Shown: positions 41,072 to 50,222, counted from the first letter of the stretch. The stretch: DNA of 64,000 nt from Salinispira sp. (GCA_965602015.1 OZ271918.1:1440001-1504000); one strand, 5' to 3'. Numbers and translations are program-made. The notes: generated by a model from the letters alone, not told the origin.

Positions 41072-41530
41072 ATGTCAGAAGGAATAAAAATTCTCAGTAA
41101 AAACCGTCGGGCCTTTCACGAATATCAGGTTCTCGAGCGCTATGAGTGCGGTATCGTTCTTCAGGGTACGGAAGTCAAAAGCATGAAGGCCGCCAAATTC
41201 AGCTTTGTCGACAGCTACGCCCGCATAAAAGGCAATGAGCTCTGGCTGGTAGGCCTTCATGTAACGCCTTATGACTTCGGCAACATCAATAATCACGAAG
41301 CAGTCCACGATCGAAAACTGCTGGTTCACCTTGAAGAGCTGCACAAGCTCCGAAGAAAAGTCGATGAGAAAGGCCTGACCCTGGTACCCCTGGCATTCTA
41401 TCTTAAGGGCGGCCTGGTTAAAATGGAGCTGGGAGTCTGCCGCGGTAAAAAGCTGCACGACAAGCGGGCCAGCATCAAGGAAAAAGATCTTACGAGGCAA
41501 AGCGACAGAGAACTTCGCGGCCGAATGTGA
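41072..41530 (+). CDS. smpB: SsrA-binding protein
   Basis: NRRAFHEY, GIVLQGTEVKS, RKLL, GLTLVPL, GKKLHDKR; ATG 41072 after AAGGGG. Confidence 0.98.
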   Translation: MSEGIKILSKNRRAFHEYQVLERYECGIVLQGTEVKSMKAAKFSFVDSYARIKGNELWLVGLHVTPYDFGNINNHEAVHDRKLLVHLEELHKLRRKVDEKGLTLVPLAFYLKGGLVKMELGVCRGKKLHDKRASIKEKDLTRQSDRELRGRM

Positions 41531-41542
41531 CAGGAGCAGCCA

Positions 41543-42346
41543 GTGTCAGAAGCATACCCAAAACCTGAAGAATTAATTTCGTATCTCGCACAGGCTGAAG
41601 ATTTCGCCCGCGCCGGAGCATCAGTGAGTAGCAGATACTTTCGAACTGCCTTGGATGTGCAGCGCAAAGCCGATGACAGCCCGGTAACCCGGGCCGATCA
41701 GGAGAGCGAGGCGGAAATGCGCAGACTGATTTCCGAAAAATTTCCCGGCCACCAGGTCCTCGGCGAAGAATCCGGTTTGAGCGGCGATCCCGATAGCCCA
41801 TGGAAATGGGTACTCGATCCCATAGACGGAACAAAAAGCTTTATCCACGGAATTCCTCTGTACACTGTTCTTGTTGCCCTCCTCTACGAAAACGAGTCTA
41901 TGTTGGGAATCATTTTTAATCCGCAGACCGATGAAATGATTTCGGCGGGAATCGGAATGGGATGCTGGTACAACGGTGAAGCCGCCCGGGTAAGCGAGGT
42001 CGATACCCTTGAGCAGGCGAGGCTTCAGCTCACCGATCCCAGCGATTTTATCCGAAGACGGGGCGAAGCGGCGGTAGATATCATGAGGACTGTGCGCCTT
42101 ACCCGTACCTGGGCAGACGCCCATGGCTACATGCTGGTTGCCACCGGGCGGTCCGAGCTGATGATTGACCCGGAAATGTCTCTGTGGGATGTGGCCTGCC
42201 TTCAACCGATAATAACTGAGGCCGGCGGAGACTTCACCGACATCCATGGAGAGCGAAAGCTCGGTTCATCGGCTGTTGCCAGCAATGGGCGGATTCATGC
42301 TTCCGCCCTGAAAATGCTCGGTGTGGAAAAATATCACAAGCACTGA
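41543..42346 (+). CDS. hisN: Inositol monophosphatase family protein, probable histidinol-phosphatase
   Basis: KADDSPVTRAD, LGEE, WVLDPIDGTKSF, RTWADAHGY, WDVA. Confidence 0.8.
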   Translation: MSEAYPKPEELISYLAQAEDFARAGASVSSRYFRTALDVQRKADDSPVTRADQESEAEMRRLISEKFPGHQVLGEESGLSGDPDSPWKWVLDPIDGTKSFIHGIPLYTVLVALLYENESMLGIIFNPQTDEMISAGIGMGCWYNGEAARVSEVDTLEQARLQLTDPSDFIRRRGEAAVDIMRTVRLTRTWADAHGYMLVATGRSELMIDPEMSLWDVACLQPIITEAGGDFTDIHGERKLGSSAVASNGRIHASALKMLGVEKYHKH

Positions 42347-42355
42347 CCTGCCTAC

Positions 42356-42384
42356 TTGCCGGTATTACACATTTGCGGTATGTT
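42356..42384 (+). promoter_or_regulatory. Candidate ssrA promoter
   Basis: TTGCCG-17 nt-TATGTT ending 12 nt before the mature 5' end. Confidence 0.55.
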
Positions 42385-42396
42385 TTTCTCCCCAAC

Positions 42397-42741
42397 GGGG
42401 GTGTTCCGGATTCGACTGGGGAGGATTCAGGGATACGTTGCAGGTGGAGCGCCATCTCCTGATTGGCACCCTTTATAACTGCAGACAACGCAGATTATGC
42501 AATGGCAGCCTAATAGTGCTACCACGGACCACCGGGATGCGGCTCTGAAGCCCGGGACGTCTGAAAGAAACCAGAGCTTGCTGTTCGCCGGGCTCTAACG
42601 GCGAACGGGACTTCAGCAGAGATCGGCACGATGCAAGGCCGCTGATTCGCTTAGCGTCGGCCTAAACAAGAAGAATCGGCTAAACCTGTAGACGCGTATT
42701 TCTTACCCTTCAGGACGGGGGTTCAAATCCCCCCACCTCCA
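42397..42741 (+). ncRNA. ssrA: tmRNA; tag peptide ADNADYAMAA (42481-42513); 3' CCA not encoded
   Basis: 5' GGGGGTG..GGATTCGAC; ATAACT-GCA resume context; 3' GACGGGGGTTCAAATCCCCCCACCTCCA with Ala G:U acceptor stem; near smpB. Confidence 0.97.
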
Positions 42742-42744
42742 ATT

Positions 42745-42781
42745 AAGCTCAATAACCCGCAAGGGTTGTTGAGCTTTTTTT
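42745..42781 (+). terminator. ssrA intrinsic terminator
   Basis: AAGCTCAATAACCC-GCAA-GGGTTGTTGAGCTT followed by T run. Confidence 0.93.
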
Positions 42782-42784
42782 ATT

Positions 42785-42970
42785 GAAGGGGATTTGAAAC
42801 GGAAATCGTGCGTACCGAAGCCATGGGGGGATAGCGAGGAACGCACGAACAGCTTCGGCGCGAACACGTGGAGCGCACATTGCCAAGGATGGCAATGTAG
42901 AAGCCGAAGCGGCTCGGAGGGAGGAGACAGGATGTCGACGACCGGAGGGAGGATACCCCATGTCCACCAC
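42785..42970. repeat. Structured GGA-rich palindromic element downstream of ssrA, function unknown
   Basis: Several perfect inverted repeats, direct repeat CGGAGGGAGGA x2, 11-nt antisense match to the tmRNA T-arm. Confidence 0.55.
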
Positions 42971-43047
42971 CGTCAGACAAAAATCAAACTCCGGCCTTTA
43001 AATTCCGCAGGAAAAACCGAAAATATACAGGAACCAGGAGGAACTGT

Positions 43048-43503
43048 ATGCTTGCTGCGGGCGTTGTTCTACTCTTTATTGCGAGTCTGATTCTTTCACT
43101 CTACACAATATACCTGCGGTACATCGTATTGTGTTTTCAGGGGGAGATAAGCGTTCTCTTTGATCGCCTATACCTTTTAGGACGAAGAAATCCGGAAGAC
43201 GCCGCCGCCATTAAAAATATATCTGGGTTGCTTCATGAATTGTTCCAGGGGAAATTCATTGAGGGCGACCTAGTGTTTTTCCAAATCTCCTTGACTGAAT
43301 CTCTGCACAATATTAACGAAGACCTGATGCAGGAAATCACGACAATGATCATCGACTACGAAAGAATACATCTTAACTATGCCCTGAGACGCTCGCCATT
43401 TTCCGCCCTCACCGGCCTGAGAATTCTCGTTAAGGGGGCTCATAGGGATTGGCTCGGTATGCTTTTGCACATGCCTAAACTACGGGGAATACGGCCCGCG
43501 TGA
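43048..43503 (+). CDS. Hypothetical membrane-anchored helical protein
   Basis: AGGAGG RBS, N-terminal TM helix; faint LemA-like tail, not established. Confidence 0.65.
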   Translation: MLAAGVVLLFIASLILSLYTIYLRYIVLCFQGEISVLFDRLYLLGRRNPEDAAAIKNISGLLHELFQGKFIEGDLVFFQISLTESLHNINEDLMQEITTMIIDYERIHLNYALRRSPFSALTGLRILVKGAHRDWLGMLLHMPKLRGIRPA

Positions 43504-43515
43504 ATTAGAGCGCCT

Positions 43516-44382
43516 TCATATGTGAAGGCGTTTTTTTATGCTGTGCCGAAGTTTTTGATTGTGCCCGAGGTAGAAAAGGAATGCTGCGGGAAACGCAGAG
43601 CCGAGCAATACGAATATTGACCAGCTGATGCCCGTACCGATAACTCTCGTGTAATTATTGATGATAACTTCTATACCCACATTGTATACCCCGGTTGCAA
43701 TCATAATAATGGGGATAATGATATAGGGATTCCGCCGGAGATAGCTTCCTGCGAACAAGATCACCGCCAGATAGACTGTGCTCAACAGCGAAATCGGAAG
43801 CCCCAAGGGCACAAACCAACGGCCTTCGGCGTAAAATCTTTCAATAAGAAATAGCGATACGGCAATCAAAAAGCCATCGGCCAAAGCGGCGGGTATTCCC
43901 CTACCCACCCTTATGGTAAATGGTATTTGCAGGATGCTCATGCTGATTATTACCGCAGTTGCGGCGACGATACTCCATGCATGCCAGCCCAGGAAAAAAT
44001 CCAATGCCAGAAGGAAAGCTGCAAGGGCAATCGCCATGATGCTCAATGCATAAAACGGTCTTCTTTTTAGTAAAATCATGGGAAATGCACTGAGCATCCA
44101 GAACAAGGCGAGAGAGATAAGCACGATGAGAGACCATGTCATTCCCCGACTGACGGCGAGATCGACAGTAATACTTACAATAGCGGAAACAGCTACCAGG
44201 ACACTTATGAGAAAAACCAGACTGCTATTTACTTTCGGCGGGGGAGGATTCTGTTTTTCCTTCGGAAAGGGATCTTCTTCAGGATTCGCTGCATATCCCG
44301 GAATCATAACCTGCGTACCACAGAGGGGACAGGCCGGTTCAGATTCCCTGAGTTTTACCCCGCATTGAACACAATAGGGCAT
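43516..44382 (-). CDS. Zinc-ribbon multi-pass membrane protein (DUF6320-like)
   Basis: MPYCVQCGV...CPLCGT, ~8 TM helices, C-terminal IKKRLHI. Confidence 0.8.
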   Translation of the reverse strand: MPYCVQCGVKLRESEPACPLCGTQVMIPGYAANPEEDPFPKEKQNPPPPKVNSSLVFLISVLVAVSAIVSITVDLAVSRGMTWSLIVLISLALFWMLSAFPMILLKRRPFYALSIMAIALAAFLLALDFFLGWHAWSIVAATAVIISMSILQIPFTIRVGRGIPAALADGFLIAVSLFLIERFYAEGRWFVPLGLPISLLSTVYLAVILFAGSYLRRNPYIIIPIIMIATGVYNVGIEVIINNYTRVIGTGISWSIFVLLGSAFPAAFLFYLGHNQKLRHSIKKRLHI

Positions 44383-44383
44383 A

Positions 44384-45667
44384 TTACCTCCAGTTACTGT
44401 TTACGCACACTGGTATTCCCCTGCGAACCAACTCACGAAAAAACTCGCGCTCTATGGGCGCGTCAATAGTGGTGCGTACGAAATTACAGCGCAGCTCATC
44501 TCTATAGCCGAGTACGGACAGACTTGAACCCACTTTCCTGTTCGGACCTAATTGAAAATCCAGACTCTCCACATGGGCATCCAAATCCTCCGGAAGCTCA
44601 ATGCGGCCGAGGTTAGAAAACACGCCGGAAAAAAGCTTCTCAGCCACCGCATGACTGACCAGGCGGATGGCAATGTTCTTGATAAACAGCGGCATAATCC
44701 GAAGCAGCGTGCTCGTCATTGCGTTGACATTTGGACTGAACTCCCGAAGCATGCAGCGCGGAGTCACCGCAAGAGCCATTTGATGATTGACAAGATGCAC
44801 TATCTCGTCAAACGCATAGTCCTCTTCAGGATCGGGATGCAGGACAGGTTTTACCACGTGGGCGAAATTCCTGAGGGTCTTGCTGGGAAACATAGACCTG
44901 AGGTTCACCGGAATGCAGACTCTGATTGGACGGCGTACCATGCCGTCCCGTTTCCTGAGGGTCTGCAGCGATAACATGTAAATAGCGGTGAGGAAGCCGG
45001 TAATCGTCGTGTTCGCCGTTTTTACCTTGGGAATTATGTCGTCATTTTTTATGCGAGCCTGTATGTGATGGACCACCCCGGGGCTGTCCACCGGAATGCG
45101 CAGCTGGTAGGCTGCCGCTTCAGCTTTGGCTCTTGAAATTCCCTTGCGGTGGTGACGCAGAAATGCATCTTCCAATTCTTCCTGCTCCGGCGCTGCTTCG
45201 GGGTTGAGGATCATCTCGCTATAGCCAATGGCAACACCGCATTGCCGGAGGTACTCCGATGCCAGCGTCAGCAGAAATACCATGCCCCCGTTACCGTCGG
45301 TTAATGCGTGAAAAAATTCGACGGCAATCCTTTTCTTAAAGTAGCGGATGCGCAGCAGGTGCCCCTTGCTTTTGCGGTAGTCCAATCGCAGGCAGGGATT
45401 GCGCACATCAGGAGCAACATCAAGGCGCCGTCGATTGGAATCGAGAATGTGCCAAAATGCACCTTTGACTAATTGAACTGAAAAGGTGGGAAATCTGGGC
45501 AGAATGCGGTCCACTGCCATTTGCAGCATCTTCGGATCGATAGTGCGGTCGAGGGTAATGGCAAGACGGAAAACTCCGGTCCGGTTGTCGCTCTCAATTG
45601 ATGGAAAAAGCATGGCCGCATTGTCTAAGGGAAACCAGGCAAAGGGCTGAGTAGCTGCCGTATGCAT
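44384..45667 (-). CDS. Alcohol acetyltransferase / condensation-domain acyltransferase family protein
   Basis: WFPLDNAA, FHALTDGNG (HxxxDG), IPVNLRSMFPSKTLRNF, FSNLG; start set at ATG 45667. Confidence 0.85.
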   Translation of the reverse strand: MHTAATQPFAWFPLDNAAMLFPSIESDNRTGVFRLAITLDRTIDPKMLQMAVDRILPRFPTFSVQLVKGAFWHILDSNRRRLDVAPDVRNPCLRLDYRKSKGHLLRIRYFKKRIAVEFFHALTDGNGGMVFLLTLASEYLRQCGVAIGYSEMILNPEAAPEQEELEDAFLRHHRKGISRAKAEAAAYQLRIPVDSPGVVHHIQARIKNDDIIPKVKTANTTITGFLTAIYMLSLQTLRKRDGMVRRPIRVCIPVNLRSMFPSKTLRNFAHVVKPVLHPDPEEDYAFDEIVHLVNHQMALAVTPRCMLREFSPNVNAMTSTLLRIMPLFIKNIAIRLVSHAVAEKLFSGVFSNLGRIELPEDLDAHVESLDFQLGPNRKVGSSLSVLGYRDELRCNFVRTTIDAPIEREFFRELVRRGIPVCVNSNWR

Positions 45668-45785
45668 GGTGCATTGTATCACGGCAGTGATGAACTGAGG
45701 GAAGGGATTTTACCCGTCTGAATTATAGCCGCCTTTCCACGGCAATGAGATTGGGATGTTGTGAGAAACGAAACTGAAGGCTACT

Positions 45786-46103
45786 ATGACTGCCATGGAT
45801 GTGAACAACCTGGAAATGGTTCAAGGAATTTCTCGATTTTATGAAATGCTCTGGATTCTACGGAGCGGAGATGGCTCAATCCACAAGGTCTACGACCGCG
45901 ATGGCAATGAGCTTCCTCCTCAAGCGCTTCATCGGTCATTTATCACGGTCGCGTGTCCGGGAGGCTTTACGTATAAGGGGGAGTTTATTGAAATGGAGGA
46001 CGAAAATGAAGCATTCAAACGAAGAGCCCTCCATCTGCAAAGACGCAAGCGGGAGCATCCTCCTGAATCTTATCTGGATATGAAAAAAAAGGCTGCAGAA
46101 TAA
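45786..46103 (+). CDS. Small hypothetical protein
   Basis: 105-aa ORF filling the gap, GAAGG upstream; no recognisable motif. Confidence 0.55.
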   Translation: MTAMDVNNLEMVQGISRFYEMLWILRSGDGSIHKVYDRDGNELPPQALHRSFITVACPGGFTYKGEFIEMEDENEAFKRRALHLQRRKREHPPESYLDMKKKAAE

Positions 46104-46112
46104 TCTGCAGCC
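46083..46112 (-). terminator. Terminator after the NCS2 permease gene
   Basis: GGCTGCAGA-4 nt-TCTGCAGCC with T8 on the minus strand. Confidence 0.8.
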
Positions 46113-46141
46113 CATCCGTGCAACTTCAACTGGTTTGATAA

Positions 46142-47428
46142 TCAGATAAAAAACTTAAGCAGCATAACCGCAGCCACGAAATATGTGGCGACCGGAATAT
46201 CCTTGAACCGTCCCGAAAGGATTTTCAGAACGACGAATGAAATAATACCGAAAACGATTCCTTCCGCGATGCTGTATGCCAGAACCATCATGATAATAGT
46301 CAGGAATGCGGGCAACGCCTCGGTGATGTCGCTGAAATCAATTTCCTTGACGGGACTCATCATGAATACACCGACGAGTATAAGCGCCGGAGCTGTGGCC
46401 GCACCGGGGACAAGGAGAAACAGCGGGCTGAGAAAGAGCGCCAGGAGAAAAAACAGCGCGGTGGTCAGAGCCGTAAGTCCGGTTCTTCCGCCTTCTTCAA
46501 TACCGGATGCCGATTCGACATAAGTGGTCACCGTAGAGGTGCCAAAAATCGCTCCCACGGTGGTTCCGATTGCATCGGCAAAAAGGGCTTCCTTCGCGCG
46601 AGGTATCTTCCCGTCCTCCAGCATGTTCGCCTTTGTGGACACCCCGATAAGGGTTCCGACGGTGTCAAACATATCGACAAAGAGAAATGTGAAAAGAACG
46701 ATGAGCATTTCGACGGTAAAAATTGAAGACCATTCAAACTTAAAGAAGATCGGTTCGAGGGACGGCGGAGCCTGAAAAAGACGGAATCCCTCAATATTGG
46801 TAACACCAAAGGGAATCCCGAGCAGGGTTGTTGCAAGAATACCCCAAAGCAGAGCGCCTCTTACCTTGTATGCAAGCAGGGCGCCGGTGATTACCAAACC
46901 AAAAACCGCGAGCAGTACACCGGGAGACGAAAAGTCTCCGAGACCTACCAGTACCGCAGGATTATCGGCGATTATTCCGGCATTTTGAAAACCTATAAAC
47001 GCGATGAATAATCCGATTCCGACGGAAATGGCCCGTTTAATATTCGATGGAATCAGGTTGATAATGGCTTCGCGAATATTAAATGCCGTGAGGATGAGGA
47101 AAATAATTCCCTCGAGAAAGACCGCGGTCAGGGCGAACTGCCATGATTTTCCCATTCCGAGTACGACGGTAAATGCGAAAAATGCGTTCAACCCCATCCC
47201 CGGCGCCAGGGCGAAGGGAAGCCGTGCCCACAGTGCCATCACCAGGGTGGCTACCATTGCGGAAAGCGCTGTGGCGGTAAACAGCGCGGGAGCCGGCATT
47301 CCGGTGGCGGCAAGAGTCGCGGGATTTACCGCGAGGATGTACGCCATGGTCAGGAATGTGGTAATTCCCGCCAGCACCTCGGTCCGAACAGTTGTGTTGT
47401 TCTCCTTGAGCTTAAAAAACGAGTCCAT
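46142..47428 (-). CDS. NCS2/AzgA family purine permease (PbuG-like)
   Basis: EVLAGITTFLTMAYILAVNP, ALAPGMGLNAFF, DMFDTVGTL, YVESASGIEEGGRTGLT. Confidence 0.95.
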   Translation of the reverse strand: MDSFFKLKENNTTVRTEVLAGITTFLTMAYILAVNPATLAATGMPAPALFTATALSAMVATLVMALWARLPFALAPGMGLNAFFAFTVVLGMGKSWQFALTAVFLEGIIFLILTAFNIREAIINLIPSNIKRAISVGIGLFIAFIGFQNAGIIADNPAVLVGLGDFSSPGVLLAVFGLVITGALLAYKVRGALLWGILATTLLGIPFGVTNIEGFRLFQAPPSLEPIFFKFEWSSIFTVEMLIVLFTFLFVDMFDTVGTLIGVSTKANMLEDGKIPRAKEALFADAIGTTVGAIFGTSTVTTYVESASGIEEGGRTGLTALTTALFFLLALFLSPLFLLVPGAATAPALILVGVFMMSPVKEIDFSDITEALPAFLTIIMMVLAYSIAEGIVFGIISFVVLKILSGRFKDIPVATYFVAAVMLLKFFI

Positions 47429-47555
47429 GATTCACTCCGTGTTGGTATTTCCCGCCATAAAGCAGATGCTCCGGTACCGGCGGGTTTATTCAGTGTATCC
47501 TGTGATTCAAAGTTCTGGCAAGCAATGGCCGAATGAAATTCAGCTATTTCCTTCG

Positions 47556-49277
47556 TTATGATTTGACGGGTGGAACATCCCCGTCGTCCGATGGCACCCC
47601 GCCGAAGCGCAGGAGGAGAAGCCGTATCTCTTCCCCCTGGGCGTTTCGCCTTGAGAAATCCCAGGGAGTATCACCGTTTCGGTTTGCCGCATTGGGGTCG
47701 GATCCCAGAGAAAGCAGCATGCGTACTATTTCCGCCGAACCGCTGTTGGCCGCATAATGAAGCGGGGTGTTGCCCGAGCGGTCGGTGCCTGAAACCCGGG
47801 CTCCTGACCTGACAAGGGATTCGACAATTTGAGCATCGTCAAGCTCCGAGGCGAGAAACACTAGGTCCTGCAGGCGTTGTTCATCGGAATTGCCGACCCC
47901 CCTCAGCAATAACTCGGACAGTTGGGACTCCTGGTCAAGTATGGCCTGTTCGAGGAATCGTTTGCCCCCCGGGTTCACAGTCCAGGGACCGATACCCTGG
48001 GAGAACAGAAGAACTGCTACATCGGTATTGCCTCCGTCAGCCACGACGGCAAAAATATCGTAATGAAGCTGCTGATTATCTGATAACGGTGCTCGCATCC
48101 CCTCCAAAACCGAGACCTGAAAGCTCAACCCGTTTCGATCGTCGGCGAGGGCTTCCAGGGCGAAGGTAAGCGGTGTATAGCCCCTTCGGTCGGTACTGCG
48201 GACAGTTACGCCGGATTCCATGAGCAGGGTGAAAGCGCCGGGCTGGGAGGCTGAGGCAGCATAAAAAATCGGCGTTCTGCCTTGATTGTCGGTCTGATTA
48301 ACCTCAAGCCCCTGGCGGACCAACTCGGCCGCCACGTCCCTGTTTCCCCGCTCCGCTGCAATGTGAAGCAGGTTCCTACCACTGCCTGCGGAGATGAAGG
48401 GATCGGCTCCCGATCGAATCAGGAGCCGGACAAGGGAAACATCGAGGGAGGAAACCGCCTGGAAAATGGGGAGCCTTCCGCCTTCGCCGGAGGAATTCGG
48501 ATCAGCTCCGGATGCGAGAAGAATACTGAGTACTTCCAAAGCGCGTGACTGGGGTATATCCGGATCCAATGCCAGAAAAAGCGCCTGGTTTCCCCTGCTG
48601 TCAGGAGCGGAGATAAGTCTTTCACCGCCGCGCGATAGATATAACTGTGCCAACCTGGGTGAACCGGATTCTGCCGCCAGATGAAGAACCGTCCGGCGGG
48701 TCTGGGAGTCAGTGGCCAGAACATCGCTTCCCAGGTCAACTAATAATCCGGCGATGTCGAAGTACCGGTCATCACTAATGTAAAAAAGCGCCGTGCGTTC
48801 CCGGGTATCCTTGTGCCTGGGATCGGCGCCCCGGCCAAGGAGAGCTTCGACCAGCTGCAGGCTACCCCCCCGGACTGCGTAGAAAAGCGCGTTTTGACCG
48901 GCAGCATCGAGGGAGTCAACAGGTGCGCCTCTTGAGATCAGCTCGAGAGCACAGTCTGTCTCGGGGATTTCGACCGCCCGTTGGAGAGGAGTTGCGCCGT
49001 TTGAATCCCGAATATCGATATCCGCTCCGAAATCAAGGAGCATTGCCATGCTCGAAAGCTGACCGAACTCCACCGCTTCATGCAACAGGCTTTGTCCGTT
49101 GTTCTGGACAGCGTTGGGATCTCCGCCGCCGGTAAGGTAGTCTGCTAACTCCTGCAGGTCTCCCTGCCTGATGGCCCGGACCTCAGCAGTTGCACAGGAG
49201 CCTAGCATGAGAGATACAGCCAGCGCTGCCGCGGCGGCGATAATACCTGATTTGCTTTTTTTGTCTCGGGTAATCAC
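47556..49277 (-). CDS. Ankyrin-repeat lipoprotein
   Basis: Lipobox LMLGSC; more than 10 ankyrin repeats (GQSLLHEAV, GATPLQRAV, GRTPIFYAA, GNTPLHYAA). Confidence 0.92.
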   Translation of the reverse strand: MITRDKKSKSGIIAAAAALAVSLMLGSCATAEVRAIRQGDLQELADYLTGGGDPNAVQNNGQSLLHEAVEFGQLSSMAMLLDFGADIDIRDSNGATPLQRAVEIPETDCALELISRGAPVDSLDAAGQNALFYAVRGGSLQLVEALLGRGADPRHKDTRERTALFYISDDRYFDIAGLLVDLGSDVLATDSQTRRTVLHLAAESGSPRLAQLYLSRGGERLISAPDSRGNQALFLALDPDIPQSRALEVLSILLASGADPNSSGEGGRLPIFQAVSSLDVSLVRLLIRSGADPFISAGSGRNLLHIAAERGNRDVAAELVRQGLEVNQTDNQGRTPIFYAASASQPGAFTLLMESGVTVRSTDRRGYTPLTFALEALADDRNGLSFQVSVLEGMRAPLSDNQQLHYDIFAVVADGGNTDVAVLLFSQGIGPWTVNPGGKRFLEQAILDQESQLSELLLRGVGNSDEQRLQDLVFLASELDDAQIVESLVRSGARVSGTDRSGNTPLHYAANSGSAEIVRMLLSLGSDPNAANRNGDTPWDFSRRNAQGEEIRLLLLRFGGVPSDDGDVPPVKS

Positions 49278-49720
49278 TGAAATTTCTCCTCGTAGGCTCG
49301 GATTGCATTCCTCCAGCTGTCGGGAATGCGCTTCGATTTGCCCTCTGCATAGTCAAAATGAACAAGCGCGGTGTTTGCTCTGGCGGCAAGTTCTTGGCCG
49401 CCGCCGGGAGGACAGCGGAGCACTATTTACTCAATGGTGAAGCTTCGTCCCCCCAGGCGGGTCACCCGGCTATAAACCTGCACACTGTCCTGAAGGAAAA
49501 TCGGCGCGCGGAACTCAAGGTGAAGGTCCGCGAGTACGATGTTTAGCGAGTTCAGGCTGCCATCCCAGGAAAGCACTTCACGGGCATAGGCCATTCGTGC
49601 CTGCTCGAGATAGCTTGCATACCGGGCATTGTTGACATGACCGACCGCATCGATATCACCGAAGCGGACAGTCACTTCGCTTTTATGCCGATACGGCTGT
49701 AATTCTTCCTCTAAACTCAA
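49274..49720 (-). pseudogene. Acyl-CoA thioesterase (4HBT/YbgC family) interrupted by in-frame TAA at 49427-49429
   Basis: VRFGDIDAVGHVNNARY..E.AR; the same frame continues after the stop as IVLRC...ELAARANTALVHFDYAEGKSKRIPDSWRNAIRAYEEKFQ to TGA 49274. Confidence 0.85.
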
Positions 49721-49811
49721 AACTGCCTCCTGATATTCGCGTTGACCTTCAGAGCTTTATTAAACACATTACAGTATACACACTGTCAAAACCCCCGAGG
49801 AGTTACATGAC

Positions 49812-50222
49812 ATGTTCAGCACATACATAAAAAACCGCCGCATCGTTATTGCTGCCCTGACCGTTCTCGTCATGATGGCCTCCTGTGCCGGAGAACCCGA
49901 AGGATACTTCGGTGAAATTCAGGACTGGAGAGACCTCAACACCCTGTTGGAGGCGAATGAAAATATTGTCCTCATCGATGTCCGCACCCAAGCAGAGTAT
50001 GAAGCAGGCCATATTCCCGGAGCGATTCTTGTACCCCATGATGAAATTCTCGCCTCTGGTCTGGAAATCGGCAGCGACCGTCCGATCATTTTGTACTGCC
50101 GAAGCGGGAACCGCTCAGGTCAGGCCTTTAGAGAGCTTGAGAACCGGGGATACACCCTCATATACGACTTCGGCGGCATAAACCGTTGGCAGGGAGATTT
50201 AAACTACGGCTCCGAACCGTAA
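49812..50222 (+). CDS. Rhodanese-like lipoprotein
   Basis: Lipobox MMASC, IDVRT..EY..GHIPGA, LYCRSGNRS. Confidence 0.92.
   Translation: MFSTYIKNRRIVIAALTVLVMMASCAGEPEGYFGEIQDWRDLNTLLEANENIVLIDVRTQAEYEAGHIPGAILVPHDEILASGLEIGSDRPIILYCRSGNRSGQAFRELENRGYTLIYDFGGINRWQGDLNYGSEP

Noticed and set aside
42780..43090. Small ORFs over the post-tmRNA element (42749-42970, 42780-42980, 42794-43090)
   Set aside because: No protein-like composition or motifs; the region is better explained by its inverted repeats
47435..47495. Possible purine riboswitch in the NCS2 permease leader (CCCGCC...UAUGGCGGG..UACC hairpin)
   Set aside because: Only a single hairpin with partial P2-like resemblance; no P1/P3, CCGUAAA loop or expression platform. 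An Rfam scan would settle it
49427..49429. Stop-codon reassignment or Sec/Pyl recoding
   Set aside because: The codon is TAA, which ends many genes here; Sec and Pyl use TGA and TAG
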